Below are positions 1 to 12,797 of a DNA stretch of 63,994 bases, piece by piece. The DNA lies in contig NW_003314335.1 of the NCBI RefSeq assembly GCF_000143415.4, forward strand, positions 870,661 through 934,654, read 5' to 3'. The first letter of the stretch is position 1, and each line of letters opens with the position of its first letter. The stretch is from Selaginella moellendorffii. Its lineage: Eukaryota; Plantae; Lycopodiophyta. The position numbers were made by a program, and so were the translations under genes. Below the pieces are notes generated by a model. It had not been told where the DNA came from. It saw only the letters and a list, made by a program, of their open reading frames with translations, and made no database searches.

Positions 1-1154
1 CTCTTCCTAATTCCTTCCATTCTCTTCAAAGTAAATGAATGTAGGTTGACAAGCTTTAGTTAGTTGTGCCATACTTACCATTAAGGAAGAGGTCATCATG
101 CACAAGGATGTTGGGATTCTCCAAATTTAATCAGGCCAAAGTGATCATCCCCCAGAGGGGGGGAGAGTGGGGGCTGAGGGCATTCCAAAAGTATAGTAGG
201 GAGAGTGAGGGTTGGACTTTAGTAAAACAAATTTAATTAGGAAAGGTTAATATAACTTAAGACCCATGTGGTGGGTGATGATATAACCATTAAAGAGTCC
301 AAGGCTAGAGTAACATAGATGGACAAATAGGGTAGTTTGATGAAGTGTTCAAGAACTAACTTTAATTCCCTCAAAAGATCGTGCTTTCAATCCAAGTGTG
401 GGTGGCATTACCTACTTGGATATCTAGTGTGACTCATTGAAACTTTGTATAAAGGAAATGACTTGAAAGACGATCCATGGGGTTTAAATATAGAGGAAAA
501 GGGCCCATGAATAAGAGTGCACCCTATTTTCAATCGATTAAGGGTTTTAAGGTATTTAGGGTTAATTGTCATTAGGGTTGAATAATATTGGGTTGGATGA
601 CCTTTCAGGAAGTTTAAATTTAGGAGTTTACACCTTACTCTAACCATATGGCTAAGGCACCTAGAGGTGAAAAGTGTTCCCCATGTCTTTAGATATCCTA
701 AAGATACTAAGATGTGGTTCTAAGATGACTACTCATGGATAAATGGTTTAGTCTTTGAGAGATATAACTATAGTACAGGTGGTCTTAAACTACCAATGAG
801 ATGAAAGTGAATGGTTATAGCCTTAGTATAACGGGTTAATATATCAATAAGACGAAAGTGAATGGATATGGCTTTAATATAACAGGTTAATATGTCAATG
901 AGACAAAAGTGAATAGATATGGCCTTAATATAACGGGCTAATATGTTAATGGTACCTTTGGGTGTCTGTCGTAAGATCAGATATGTGAAGCACTTAGATA
1001 AAGTGCAAAGGTTGAATGGTATAAAGGCCATTTTTGAGGCTAGTAAGTTTTTAAGTTGGGAATGGAATTTATAGAGGTTGTAATTAAGACTTCTTCAAGT
1101 GGTTAAAGGTGTGGTTAAGTGACTAAAGTAGAATGGAAAATTTAGTCGCTTACA
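1..1154. mobile_element. Decayed LTR-like sequence (family A); terminus ...GACTAAAGTAGAATGGAAAATTTAGTCGCTTACA at 1154; left boundary unknown
   Basis: About 905-1154 matches the reverse complement of 56744-56994, and the last ~35 bp match the end of the TSD-flanked element at 48178-48315. It ends in CA. Confidence 0.6.
794..950. repeat. Tandem repeat, 51-bp unit, about 3 copies
   Basis: Units start at 794, 845 and 896 (CAATGAGAYRAAAGTGAATRGWTATRGCYTTARTATAACRGGYTAATATRT-like). It appears as a 17-aa periodicity in the spurious ORF 768..1031. Confidence 0.85.
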
Positions 1155-2393
1155 CTTACATATGATTTCAATTGGAGCAACACGAGAATTTAGAAATATT
1201 AAAGTTATAGGTAAAACATTTGTAAAGCTTTTTAAAGGTTAGATTCTTTACTTTTTTTTTCAAATAGTGAACTCACATATAACCTCTCCAACTATGCCTG
1301 AAGGAAGAATGGGAGACATGTGAAGTGGTTTTGGGATGAATATAATGCACACAAAAGAGCTGCAAGGATTTTACACTTATCATTGCATTGCTAAAAAATA
1401 ATGTACGTTAGTCATGTGAGTATTTTCCAAGTTAATTAAGAAATCTCTAATTTTTTTCAGAGCTAAATTGATATGTATTTTGTTTTTATGCTCCAGTTTT
1501 GTATATCAATCTAAATTTTAAAAGAAACAAAAAATACAAGAATATTAGGTAGCTAAATTGTGATCACATCTCCACCGTCCGTCTACATCATCCCAGCCAT
1601 CAAAGCTAGGTCCAAACTGCATTGCCTAGGGTTTTCTCCAGGGAGTAGGTTTTCATTTGGGGGTTCTATTACTCACTTGTGGGATGATGGGCAAGGATCC
1701 ATTTGAGGGTCATTATCTCTTCCTTGAGATGCACAAGGAAGACTTTGGCATAGGGAGATGTCACAGTACTGTGGTCCAGAGAAGCATATCGCTATTAAAG
1801 ATCTCTCAATTAACTTATATAGATAAAGAGTGTGTTTTTTCTTAGCAGTGTAACAAGAATTATAAAATCCCCACAACTCTCTGAGGATTATGTTGTATTC
1901 ATCCTGAAACCATTTCAAGCATCTCACATTAATCACAATGTCATTTATTATAAATAATTGCTCAACCACTTCCTTCAAGCATAGTTGAGAGGTTGGATGT
2001 GTTAAATTTAACATTTAGAAAACTTTATAAGTGTTTTACTTGTAACTTTAATACTTCTAAGTTTCTAAGTTGCTTTTGCATTTAGGCCAAAATTTTTTCA
2101 AAAATGATTTCCACACCATCACTTTAAAACATGAAGAGTTTAAAACATTATATTATACCTTATGCTTTTCCAATCAGCCATTTATGCCATCTTTTCACTA
2201 TCTATATTTTTGTGCTATCTTTTCACTATCCTTATTTTTGTACTTCATTAATCCTCAAATCCCTTGTGACGTTGTCTCAATACATGACTTCATATCTCTG
2301 ATAATTTTCAGCCTAAAACATCAGATATAAATATCAACTTTGTAATTTCAGTAGCATACATCATAAAATACACACAGCAAATCACCAAACATC

Positions 2394-2493
2394 NNNNNNN
2401 NNNNNNNNNNNNNNNNNNNNNNNNNNNNNNNNNNNNNNNNNNNNNNNNNNNNNNNNNNNNNNNNNNNNNNNNNNNNNNNNNNNNNNNNNNNNN
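2394..2493. other. Assembly gap (100 N)
   Basis: Run of n characters. Confidence 1.
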
Positions 2494-4899
2494 TCCAACT
2501 CCTTTAGCTCCAGCTGGAATTATATATAAACTCTATAAAATGCATGGAACTTACCACTCACCCTTTTCAAATTTGTGGATGCACTTTAACTCTTTTACAA
2601 TGCTCTATTGTTCCTCCAACTCTTAAATTATATATGAGTTTGCTTCCCACACAATTTATAATTTATCTCTAGAATGTATATGGGCTTTTCAATGGTGATC
2701 CAGCTCTTGCTCCACAAGAAGACCTCCATGGAAAGCTTTAAGCTCCATGAAAGTCAAGATTGTGCTCTTCCCCTTCACTTAGGGCTTTGGTGCTCCTAAC
2801 TCAGTTGCTCCTTAATGCCTTAGAACAAAAGCTTAAGGAATTTTAACCCTTACCTTTTATACTCTAATATCACATATCTTATCCACCTTTACCAAAGACC
2901 ATCCCTGAGCTTGAAAGCAGCACTCACTCCCAATGAAGCTGGAGTGTATCCTATGGCTCTCATTTTGTGCAAACCTTGTGGAAAGATTGAAAGCAGTTGG
3001 ATCATCTCCTCCTCTTTGAACTGCAAGTAACAGTCAACTCACAATCGGAATAATCCAAAACAGCTTACTTGTCTTGCTTCTGAACATGAAAGACCCATTT
3101 CCAAAACTTTAAGCAACTTTAAACAAAAAAAAAAGCTGTGACATAAACTTACATATCTTCTCGGGGCTTATACCATCTCCATGGACTGCAAGAGCATGCA
3201 CACGTAAACTCAGATGATCACTGCTTGAACAAGAATGTTAACTTTTTGCTTCTTTATTTTCTCATTTCCTCTCATTTCACAAGTAACTCTGCCACTTCCA
3301 CAAAGTCACCAATTTTCGTGATGGAAGCCCATCACGAAAATGTGATGAGGTGTGTTCCACAGATCTTGGAAGCAAACCTTGGCCCAATTGATAAACTCCA
3401 CTCTATCAAACATTGACCTGGATCCTGATACCCTGGATCAAAGGTGACTTAGACAGGATCCTAGCTCTTACCCATGGATCTAACACTATGGAGAGGGACT
3501 CAACATCGCCTGTCAAGAGAAGCTGGGACTCGATAGTGCCTGCTGAGAGAAGCTGGGTGACAGCACCCACCTCACGAGTCTGAAAAATCAACGCCACAAA
3601 TCCATGACTGGGTGAGTGAGCGCAGGCAGATTGATCAGACCTGGGCTACATGGCAATGACAGCAGCAGTGTGGCAAGGGTGGCATGCTTGAGCATTTGTC
3701 AGGGTTAATCCTGCCCCCCAAATTCAAATAATAGGGTCCCATCAGCAGTGGTAGTAGCGCTTGTCGTCACTCCATCGACAGCAGCGGGTCAAGCATTCTA
3801 GGATATTTTACGCTTACAAAGTGGTCATATCACTCGTGAAAGTTAGCATGTTGAAATAAAAAACACTGAATAGTCATGTTGTAGTTTCAACCGGCTTGCT
3901 CCTGATCTAGTGAGTTTGAATGATAAAAACATACAAAAAACTCATCAATCAACTACCCAAAATTTTGTTCTTGGTTTTGGCTTGTTTGCACATCATTGTT
4001 GTGGTTTCAATCTTGTCATTACCATGTGGTCTTGGCTATCAGGCTCCCACTTCTGCTGCTACAAAGCACTTGAATCTCCATAAACATCCTTTTTAATTGC
4101 TATAAATTCTTGAGAGAATTACTATGCAATGTTCTTGAATCATGGCCCAATTCTTGATGTAGATTATTAAAACCTCTCAATCTCCCACTGGTTTTACTCT
4201 CTAGTTGCTACTGTTTGCACCTTTGTATAATGCAATGCCTCAAGTATTCAGTGCATCGAACGCCTTGAAGGCTCATCCTCCTCCTTGTCACTAGCCTCTT
4301 GGCCAGCAAGTGCCATGCCCAAGATCAACGAGCCAATGCTCTAGTACTATGAAAGTAGTGAAGAGACATGAGACTACCACATGGACTAGTATACTAAATA
4401 CTGTGTTGTGCACTATGTGTACATCTGCCCAGCTCCAACCAAGCACACAGCTGTTTCACACAGTATAGAGGAAGGGACACAACCAACCTTGAACAGGATG
4501 AAATCGATATTCATAAGAAGCTGGACAACCTGAGGTGGAATGACGGAGAAAAGAGTGTCTCATGTACCAGCAGGGCTGTCAAGGTAGTCCTAAGACTCAA
4601 GAAGCAGGAAGTCTTGAAAAATGCCAAGAAACAACCACAGAGCCAAGGCATGGCTAGGAAACAAGTACTGGACCAGGCCTAAATAGTCTAGCCCACGAAA
4701 AAGGATGAGATTGAGGGATTATAGTAAATTATTTTGATGATCTCTTAAACTGTTCATTTGCTGAACTTTTCCAGACTAACCGCAATCTTTCCTCTTAAAT
4801 TTTTAAGAATATTATCTAATATTTAAAATTCATTCATTTATTCATATTCTGTTTTACATGGTTTTGCAGCACTCAGATAGAAACACGAGACTGAGGGAT

Positions 4900-6078
4900 T
4901 TAAATAAGTTGCCCAGATGATCGATGCATTTCTAATACAGATAAGAAATCTAGTGTAATAACCACCTTGACTTCTGCAAAACCAGCAGCATTTGCTAATG
5001 ACTCAAACTCTTCCAAAGTTCTCTCCTTCCCTCCTGTATACGCTAGCATGAGCAAGTCCATGTTAAGTGCAAATCTAGAGCCAAAGCTGTGGTTTGTCCC
5101 AGATGGCAATATAGAGTCCACCACCACTACCTTTCCTCTGCTCGGGAGTGATTCATAGCAATTCTTCAGTAAAGTGATGCATGCTTCATCCTTCCAATCG
5201 TGCAAAATCCACTGTGCAAGATAAAAAAATGAACGTTTCAGATCCCAAAAGAATCACAAATCTCACCTTCATAAAAATTACATCACCCTGTGGAACTTTA
5301 TCAAACATATCACCGCTCACATGCTCCACTCCTGAATCCAAAAGAAGTTACAAAGGAGTAATGAATAAAATCAGAGCGTACCCGGGAAAGCTGGAGCTTT
5401 AGATATAACATGAGGCAAATCGAAATTAATCCCTTTGATTCCTTTGTGGCGACCAAGAATAACTCTTAAGCTGTTTCCAATACCTCCGCCAACATCAACC
5501 AGAGTTCTTACCCCCTGGAAACCATCGTAAGCTTCTACAATCAATCGCATGTAAGCATTGGAGTTATCGGACATGGCAGAGTCGAATATCCCCCGAAACC
5601 GCGGGTTATCGGCTGTAAGATCAAACAGCGGCTTTCCATGCGCAGCAGTAAAGGGGTCAGCTCCAGTGGTCACAGATTGGTACAAAAACTCCCAAGTTTT
5701 CATGAAAACCACGTCTTGGTTGGCAATCACCCAGGAAGAAAGTGGCAATCCACCATTGCTGGGATTTGTGACGAGGTACCTGCAAAGAGGAGTGACTCCA
5801 TACTTCCTGATTCCTCCATCGTGGAGAGACTCTTGAAAGACTCCAACGCTGGACAGGACTCGGAGTATCCTGTCCAAGTTGGCTCCACTTCCGGACGATC
5901 CACAGGCCGGGATTTGGGCGATGATTTCAGCGGAAGAAAGGGGGGCGTCTTGGGAACTTGAAAGGATATCTGGAATTCCCAGCTTGATCACTGCGTTTAG
6001 AGCGGATGGAATGCCACACATTGTGCCGAACTCCATGATTCTGAGACGATCATCGTCCTGTAAGACCAAAGAACCCAT
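4900..6078 (-). CDS. COMT-like: Caffeic acid O-methyltransferase-like class II plant OMT; 3 exons: 6078-5382, 5331-5267, 5211-4900
   Basis: Starts MGSLVLQDDDR; dimerisation region LDRILRVL; SAM motif LVDVGGGIG; GINFDLPHV; GVEHVSGDMF; WILHDW with catalytic His; GGKERT. GT-AG introns keep the frame. Confidence 0.93.
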
Positions 6079-6214
6079 CGCGTTGTAGGCAGCTCTGTCT
6101 CTCAAGTTCTTAAATATTCATATAGTTCAGATAATAAGCTCTAATCTTGCAACACCCACCTATTGAATAGAGAAGTTCCACTTGCATATACAAACGATTC
6201 CTTGGCAGAGCCTT

Positions 6215-8371
6215 ATGGATGTTGATTTTCGGTCTTCTGTGGATATTGTCAAGTCGTGCACCATTTCCCGAGACCTTTCCAGAGGGAAAGAAATTCACGC
6301 ACAGGTAAGTGCTGGGAGGCACTGTAGGAACCGATATCTCAATAACTTGCTGGTGGAAATGTATGGGAAATGTGGAGAAACTGAGCAAGCCCGTCGTGTC
6401 TTTGACACGATAAGAAATCCGAACTTATTCTCGTGGAACAACGTCTTGATTGCATATGCCCAGAACGGGAAGCTTCGAGAGGCTCAAAACATGCTGGAAA
6501 AAATGCCGCAGAGAGATTCTGTGTCCTGGACCGTCGTGTTATCAGCATATGCCGCTTCAGGGCATTTTGAAAAGGCCGAGCTGCTGTTCAATGAAATGCC
6601 GGAAAAGGACGACTTTGCGTGGAATACTATGGTTTCAGCTTACGCTGGAGGCGGGTTTTTGGAAGAGGCTGAATCTGTGCTTAAGGCAATGCCATACAAA
6701 GGCCCTGTTGCCTGTACGACTATGATTGGAGCATATGCCCAGGCTGGGCATATCGAAAAAGCCACCGAGATTTTCGACACGATGCCTCACAGGGACGTGA
6801 TCTCGTGGAATGCAATGCTGGTGGCTCACGCGGAGAATGACGATCTCTTAAAATCAGAGCAACTGTTCAATCAGATGCCCGAGAGGAGTCTTTCCTCATG
6901 GAATGCAATGTTGGCTGCGTCTGCTCGGCATGAAGATTTGGACAAGGCTAGAGATTTGTTCGAGAGAATGCCGCAGAGGAACATCCTCTCGTGGAACACA
7001 ATGATACAGGCTTGCATCGAAGCTGGGAATTTCGAGAGAGCGTCTGCCTTGTTCCGTATGATGCCCGTACAAGACACGGTATCGTGGACGACGATGATAA
7101 CGGGTTATTCCCGCGAGGGACGTATTGACGTGGCGAGGAGATTATTCGATGCGATGCCCGAGAGGGACATCGCCACGTGGAATGCAATGGTTGGAAGCTA
7201 CACCGCGAGCGGACAGCTGGCGGAGGCACAGAGGCTGTGTGACAGAATGCACGTGCATGACGTGATTACGTGGACTGCCTTGCTGGCAGGGTATGCTCAG
7301 GCCGGACAAATGGAAACAGCGGAGAGTATCTTCTACAAATTGCCAGGTAAAAATATCGTATCGGCAAATGTGATGTTGATGGGATACGCTGAGAGTGGCA
7401 AAATATTAAAAGTAAAGGCACTATTTGATAGGTTACCGCGGCATGACACAATGACATGGAATATCACCATTTTTGCATATGCCCAAACTGGGCATCTAGA
7501 AAATGCCAGAGTTTTGTTTGATAAGATGCCATGGGCGAATTTTACGTCTTGGAGGTGTATGATATTAGGCTACGCACATCATGGAAACATTACAGAAGCT
7601 AAGAAAATCTATGATAGCATACGAAGAGAGAACATAGTTTTGTGCATAGATATGATCGTAGGTTATGCCCAAAATGGGTATCTTGTAGAAGCCAAAGATT
7701 TATACGATGAGCTTGAGTTTGATAGCATCGTGGCATCTACGGCCATGGTAACTGCATATGCCCAGCACGGGCATATCACCGAAGCGCAAAATGTGTTTAA
7801 ATCTCTGCCGTTCAAGAGCCTGATGTCGTGGACGGCTATGATCGCAGCATATACCCAAAAGGGGCATTTGCATACCGCAATGGAAATGTTCGTGAGAGTG
7901 CCCAACCGGGACGTGACGCTGTGGAGCGCGATCGTGGCCGCACACTCCCACCACGGGCATGGGAAGCAAGCGGTGGAGATCTTCCGGAGGATGATCGTGG
8001 GTGGCTTTCTCCCAAACGAGACCACTTTCGTGTCAATCCTCGCTGCTTGCAGTAGAGCCGGACTGGTGGACGAATCGATCGAGTTCTTCGTGACCATGAT
8101 GGCCGAGTGTGAGATTCCACCAAGCTCCAAGCACTACGAGTGCTTGGTGGATCTACTCGGACGCTCGGGCCAGCTCAAGGAAGCAGAAGAGTTATCGCAG
8201 AAATTCTCAAAAGGAAACTTACCGGGGAGGAAGTCGACACTGCTTGGTGCTTGTTCGCTCCACGGTGACGCCGCGAGAGGGTCGCGGAGCGCTCGAGAGA
8301 TGGATCCCTGGGACTCGGCAGCTTATGTCTTGTTGTCAAACTCTTGCGTTGGAAGATCGAGAGGAGTGTAA
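6215..8371 (+). CDS. PLS-class PPR protein with a long run of 31-aa (SS-type) repeats, degenerate E region, no DYW
   Basis: Intronless ORF with repeated SWNAM..AYAQ.GH...A..LFD.MP.RD motifs; C-terminal HYECLVDLLGRSG...AAYVLLSN. First ATG is at 6215 (the ORF track starts at a TTG at 6182). Confidence 0.93.
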   Translation: MDVDFRSSVDIVKSCTISRDLSRGKEIHAQVSAGRHCRNRYLNNLLVEMYGKCGETEQARRVFDTIRNPNLFSWNNVLIAYAQNGKLREAQNMLEKMPQRDSVSWTVVLSAYAASGHFEKAELLFNEMPEKDDFAWNTMVSAYAGGGFLEEAESVLKAMPYKGPVACTTMIGAYAQAGHIEKATEIFDTMPHRDVISWNAMLVAHAENDDLLKSEQLFNQMPERSLSSWNAMLAASARHEDLDKARDLFERMPQRNILSWNTMIQACIEAGNFERASALFRMMPVQDTVSWTTMITGYSREGRIDVARRLFDAMPERDIATWNAMVGSYTASGQLAEAQRLCDRMHVHDVITWTALLAGYAQAGQMETAESIFYKLPGKNIVSANVMLMGYAESGKILKVKALFDRLPRHDTMTWNITIFAYAQTGHLENARVLFDKMPWANFTSWRCMILGYAHHGNITEAKKIYDSIRRENIVLCIDMIVGYAQNGYLVEAKDLYDELEFDSIVASTAMVTAYAQHGHITEAQNVFKSLPFKSLMSWTAMIAAYTQKGHLHTAMEMFVRVPNRDVTLWSAIVAAHSHHGHGKQAVEIFRRMIVGGFLPNETTFVSILAACSRAGLVDESIEFFVTMMAECEIPPSSKHYECLVDLLGRSGQLKEAEELSQKFSKGNLPGRKSTLLGACSLHGDAARGSRSAREMDPWDSAAYVLLSNSCVGRSRGV

Positions 8372-8440
8372 CGAAAAGCTTTTGTTTTTACCTCCATGGT
8401 TGTGTGTGTATATGGTACAGGGAGAGCTTTCTCAAAGTGA

Positions 8441-9147
8441 CTAAGAGCTTTGTGTTCCTCCGCTGTTCATTCGTGCCCTTGCTTCCGCAAACATACGTTG
8501 CTGCGCGGCGATGGCTTCCTCCTCCGTCATCCCCGAGCCTGCTTCTTTACCCCATTTGCCTCCAGCTTTTGGAGAATCCTGTGGAAAAGAATAGGAGTCA
8601 AGCGCGAAGAGAAGAACAAAAGAAAAAGAGAAAAGAAAAGCTTGTACCAAAGTTTCGTTTCGGTGTTGTTCATACGCTGCATGAACTTCTTCAATGTATT
8701 CTCCAAATCCGAGAATCTGTACAGGAGAAAAGTTAAGAGAATCGAAGAAAAGTTAGAGAATCGCGTTACCTCTAGAGCTTTTAGAACATGCTCTGGAGCA
8801 ATAGTTCTTTTTTCTTCCTTGTTGCAAATCTCGTTCGACTCGGACGAGATAAGATTGATAAACTCTGGACAGGCAAAAACTTAGCTCAAACCCAGCAAGA
8901 AAGAAAAACGAGAGGAAAAATTTTTCTTACCAACACAGCAATCTACAAGTAAGTCCTGAGCGTCTCGTGCCACTCGAACTTCCGGTGGCAGCATTTCTTT
9001 GATGATCTTCGTCATCGTAGCTGGAAAAGAAAAGGAATTTTTTAGAACCAAAGGGCTAAGCAAAAATTTTGAAGCACTTCGTTGAGAAATTTTACCTTTA
9101 GGCAGTGAAACATCCTCCTTTGATCTGCTAGCAGCATCCATGGTCAT
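8441..9147 (-). CDS. DR1: NC2beta / Dr1 homolog (histone-fold TBP-associated repressor), about 5 exons
   Basis: Spliced protein MDAASRSKEDVSLPK/ATMTKIIKEMLPPEVRVARDAQDLLVDCCV/EFINLISSESNEICNKEEKRTIAPEHVLKAL.../MTEEEAIAAQQRMFAEARARMN. Start ATG is at 9147 or 9141. Confidence 0.92.
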
Positions 9148-9358
9148 GGAGAACAAGAGAGGAAAAACACCTCAATTCAGCCCAGAGGTGGAGATTATCT
9201 CATGACCAAGCGTACCAATCCACGATCGAGTGGATTGAGCCTCTACCTGGATCACGCGAGAGCGTCAAACCCTAGAAACAACGAAGAACCCTAAATTCTC
9301 TTTTTTGTTTTAAGGGGGGGAAATTTTCTCGAGGCTATGATCGCGGCGCGGCGATCGA

Positions 9359-12300
9359 ATGCCGTGGAAGCGCTTGCTCGTCGCCACCGCCAGCATCGAT
9401 TTCCTCCGCCGCCGCCGGATCCACTCGAGCTCTGCGAGAATATTTTCCAGCGAGGCGCTGGAATCGGTGCTCAACCAGATCGAGCAGGGCCATCTCACGG
9501 TGAAATTCGCGGATTCCTACGCCGATCTCATCCGCCGCTGCTGTGATTCGGGGTCCCTGGATCTTGCCAGGCGGCTCCACGCACAGGTCGTGATCGCGGG
9601 GCACGGCGAGAGCTCCTACATCGCGGGGCTGCTCGTCCATCTCTACGTCAAATGCGGGGATCTGGAGGGCGCGTGGCACGTCTTCGATGCGATCGCCGTC
9701 AAGAACCGGGCGGTGCTGTGGAATATCTTGATCGGGGAGTACGATCGCGTCGGGGATGGATGCCGCGCGCTGGATCTCTACAAGAGGATGGAGGCGGAGC
9801 CGGACAAGGTCACGTTCGTGCTGGCGCTGCGCGTGTGCGCGGGGCTGAGGAGCCTCAGCGAAGGTATGGCTGTTTACGAGCGATTGTGTTCTTCGATTCA
9901 TCTCAAGCACGACATCAAATTGCAGAATGGAGCGATCAGCATGTTTGCGAAGTGTGGCGCCTTGGATCTGGCAGTCCGGGTTTTCGATCAGATGCCGGAG
10001 AGGGACGTGGTATCATGGAACTCGATCATCACAGCATTTGCCCAGTCTGGGCATTCCATGGAGTGCGTTGGTTTCTACCACCGAATGCTTCTCGAGGGAT
10101 TCCGGCCGAATGGAGTGACCTTCTCTGGTGTCGCTAGCTCTTGCTCGGGCAGAGAAGAGCTCGATACGATCCAGGCATCCATCGCCGCCAGCGACTTCCA
10201 CAGCAACGTGGTTGTGAAGAACTCCCTCGTTTCGGCCTATACGAGGAGTGGGGACCTGAGATCCGCGAGAAAGGTGTTTGATAGCATTGAGAACAAGGAT
10301 CTCATATCCTGGAACTCCATGGTGGTGGCGTATTCCCAGCACGGTCACGGTGAGGAGATGCTGGAGCTCTTCCGGAAGATGGACGTGGAGCCCGACTCTA
10401 TCACTTACGCAAGCATCCTCGGGGCTTGCTCGGCGATGGAGCTGCTAGAACTTGGGAAGGAAGTTCATGCTCGGGTGTCGAGGAGCCGGTTTAAGTCGGA
10501 TCCAGCGCTGGCGGCTGCTCTCATCAACATGTACTCCAAGTGTGGAGTGCTGGAGAGTGCCAGAAGAGTTTTTGACGGGATCCAGTCGGTGGATCCTTCG
10601 CCGTGGAATGCAATGATCTCGGGGCTTGTTCAGCACGGGAGAGCTCGAGAGGCTCTTGGGCTTTTTGAAAGGATGAAGGCCGAGAGCGTTCGGATTGACA
10701 AAGTCAGCTATCTCACCATCCTCAGTGCTTGCTGCGCTTTGGAAGATCTACACGAAGGCATCAGGATCCACGAGCATGCTTCTGCGTGTGGGATGGACAA
10801 AGACTTGGTGGTGGAAACTGCGGTGTTCAACATGTACTCCAAGTGCCGCCAAGTCGACTTAGCTCGGAAGATGTTCGATGGGATGAACGAGAAGACTGTG
10901 ATTTCTTGGAACGTGATGATCGCAACGTACTCCCAAGCTGACGACAAGCTTCTCAATCGGCAAGGACTAGATTTATACGGATTGATGGAGGCTGAAGGCG
11001 TTCAAGCCGACGAGAGAACTTTCATCCACTTGCTGAGTGCCTGCGTCAACTTGGGAGCAGTGGAAGAGGCTCGAGCTATTCACAAGAGAATCCTGGCGAG
11101 CGGATGCAAGGCAAGTGAGGTTCTGGAGACGGCAATAGTTACCATGTACGCCAGGTTCGACATGCTGGAGGCTTCGAGGAGTAACTTCGATAGGATGGAG
11201 AAGAAGTCCGTGACTGCGTGGAACGCTATGATCTCATCGTATGCTCAGCACGGGCAGGCCAGCAAGTCGCTTCTACTTTTCCATCAGATGAGTTTGGAGG
11301 GTGTGAAGCCGGATGCCAGAACTTTCGTCAGTGTTATTGGAGCGTGCTCAAGCCTCCAGGCGCTTGAGAAAGGCAGAGCGGTGGAGGAACAGGCAACCTC
11401 TATGGGAATTGAGGAAGGAAGGACTGCGCTTTTGAGCTTGTACGCCAAGTGTGGAAATTTAGAGGCGGCAAGGGATATCTTCGACAGGCTCAAGTATAGA
11501 AAGAACGTGGTTTCTTGGAACTCCATGATAGCTGCTTATGCTCAGAGTGGACGCGGCAGGGAAGCTCTAGAACTATACGAGCTGATGAAAGAAGAGGGGG
11601 TCCAGCCAGATGATATAACTTATGCTGGTGCTCTTGGAGCATGCACTAGCTATGGTGGATCAGCCAAAGGAGCAGAGATACACTCAAGAATAACGGAGAG
11701 CAAGATCAGGACGGACGTATTCCTCGACACTGCGATCGTCAACATGTATGCGAAGTGTGGAGAACTGGAGACCGCCATGAGCTACTTCGAGAAGATGCGA
11801 AGGAAGAATGCTGTGACTTGGTCCGCAATGGTGGGAGCATTCATCCAACAAGGCTACGATAGAGAAGCTCTAGATCTCTACCTAAGGATGGTCTCGGAAG
11901 GATTTCAGCCGAGTGAAATCACACTTGCCGGGGCCTTAGCAGCGTGCTCGAGGATCGGTGCTCTCCAAGAAGGAAAAGCTATACATTCGAGGATACAGGC
12001 AACGGAGACGCTCCAAAACTGCCTCTTTCTTCAAAACTCGCTCCTCAACATGTACGCGAAGTGCGGCTGCCTCGCCATCGCAAACACCATGTTCAGCAAT
12101 CTCCAAAGGAGGGACTCGTTCTCGTGGAACACGATCATAGTCGGGCATGCACACCATGGAGACGTGGACGAAGTTCTCAGCTTGCACGGCGAGATGGTAC
12201 AGGACGGTGTCGACCCGGACTATGTCACTTTCGCCTGCGTTCTACTCGCGTGTAGCCATGCGGGCCTGCTCGACAGAGGAAGGAGCCACTTCCTGTCTAT

Positions 12301-12662
12301 GGAGATGGAGTTTGGAGTGGCCCACGACACCGAGCATTATCTCTGCATGGTCGATCTTCTTTCTCGAGCCGGACGAGTTGAGAGTGCTGAAGAGCTCGTC
12401 CACAGTATGCCGTATGAGCCTCCAGCCATGGGCTGGACTACTTTGCTCGGCTCTTCCGAGGTGCAAGCTGATCTCGATAGAGGGTCACGCTATGCCGAAG
12501 TTGCTGCTGGTCTGGAACCGGGCAGCAGTTCTTCCTACGTGTTGCTCTGGAACATTTACAGCCGCAGCAAGGTATGTCTTTGTTTTTTTTTTCTCTTCTC
12601 TTGGTGATGCTTTGTTGTATTTGCAGACGGACGCTTCCGGCCTGGAGCATTTGTTTTTATAA
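9359..12662 (+). CDS. PLS-class PPR protein (about 1080 aa) with E domain, no DYW; Arg-rich putative mitochondrial presequence
   Basis: ORF 9359..12607 of P-L-S triplets. A probable terminal intron 12572-12626 (GTATGT...TTGCAG) gives the C-terminus TDASGLEHLFL* at 12662. Confidence 0.92.
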
Positions 12663-12797
12663 CACTGCCAAAGGCGGATGTGTGTTCTGGGAGTTTTGGA
12701 ATCACCAGGACTTGTAAGTTCGTATCAAGTTGATAGTTTTAATCGTTAACTTCACTGTGGAACAGGTTGCAAGGTCAATCATATGACGTTTACTTAG

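Noticed and set aside
794-950. CRISPR-like array
   Set aside because: The repeats are contiguous with no unique spacers, there are no cas genes, and the context is eukaryotic.
768-1031. 87-aa ORF with 17-aa repeats
   Set aside because: By-product of the 51-bp tandem repeat in LTR-like DNA; no domain.
1560-4700. Short ORFs around the gap
   Set aside because: No recognisable motifs; probably decayed repeats, but I cannot assign a family.
4900-6078. The characterised lignin COMT of the COMT-F5H cluster
   Set aside because: There is no adjacent cytochrome P450; treated as a paralog.
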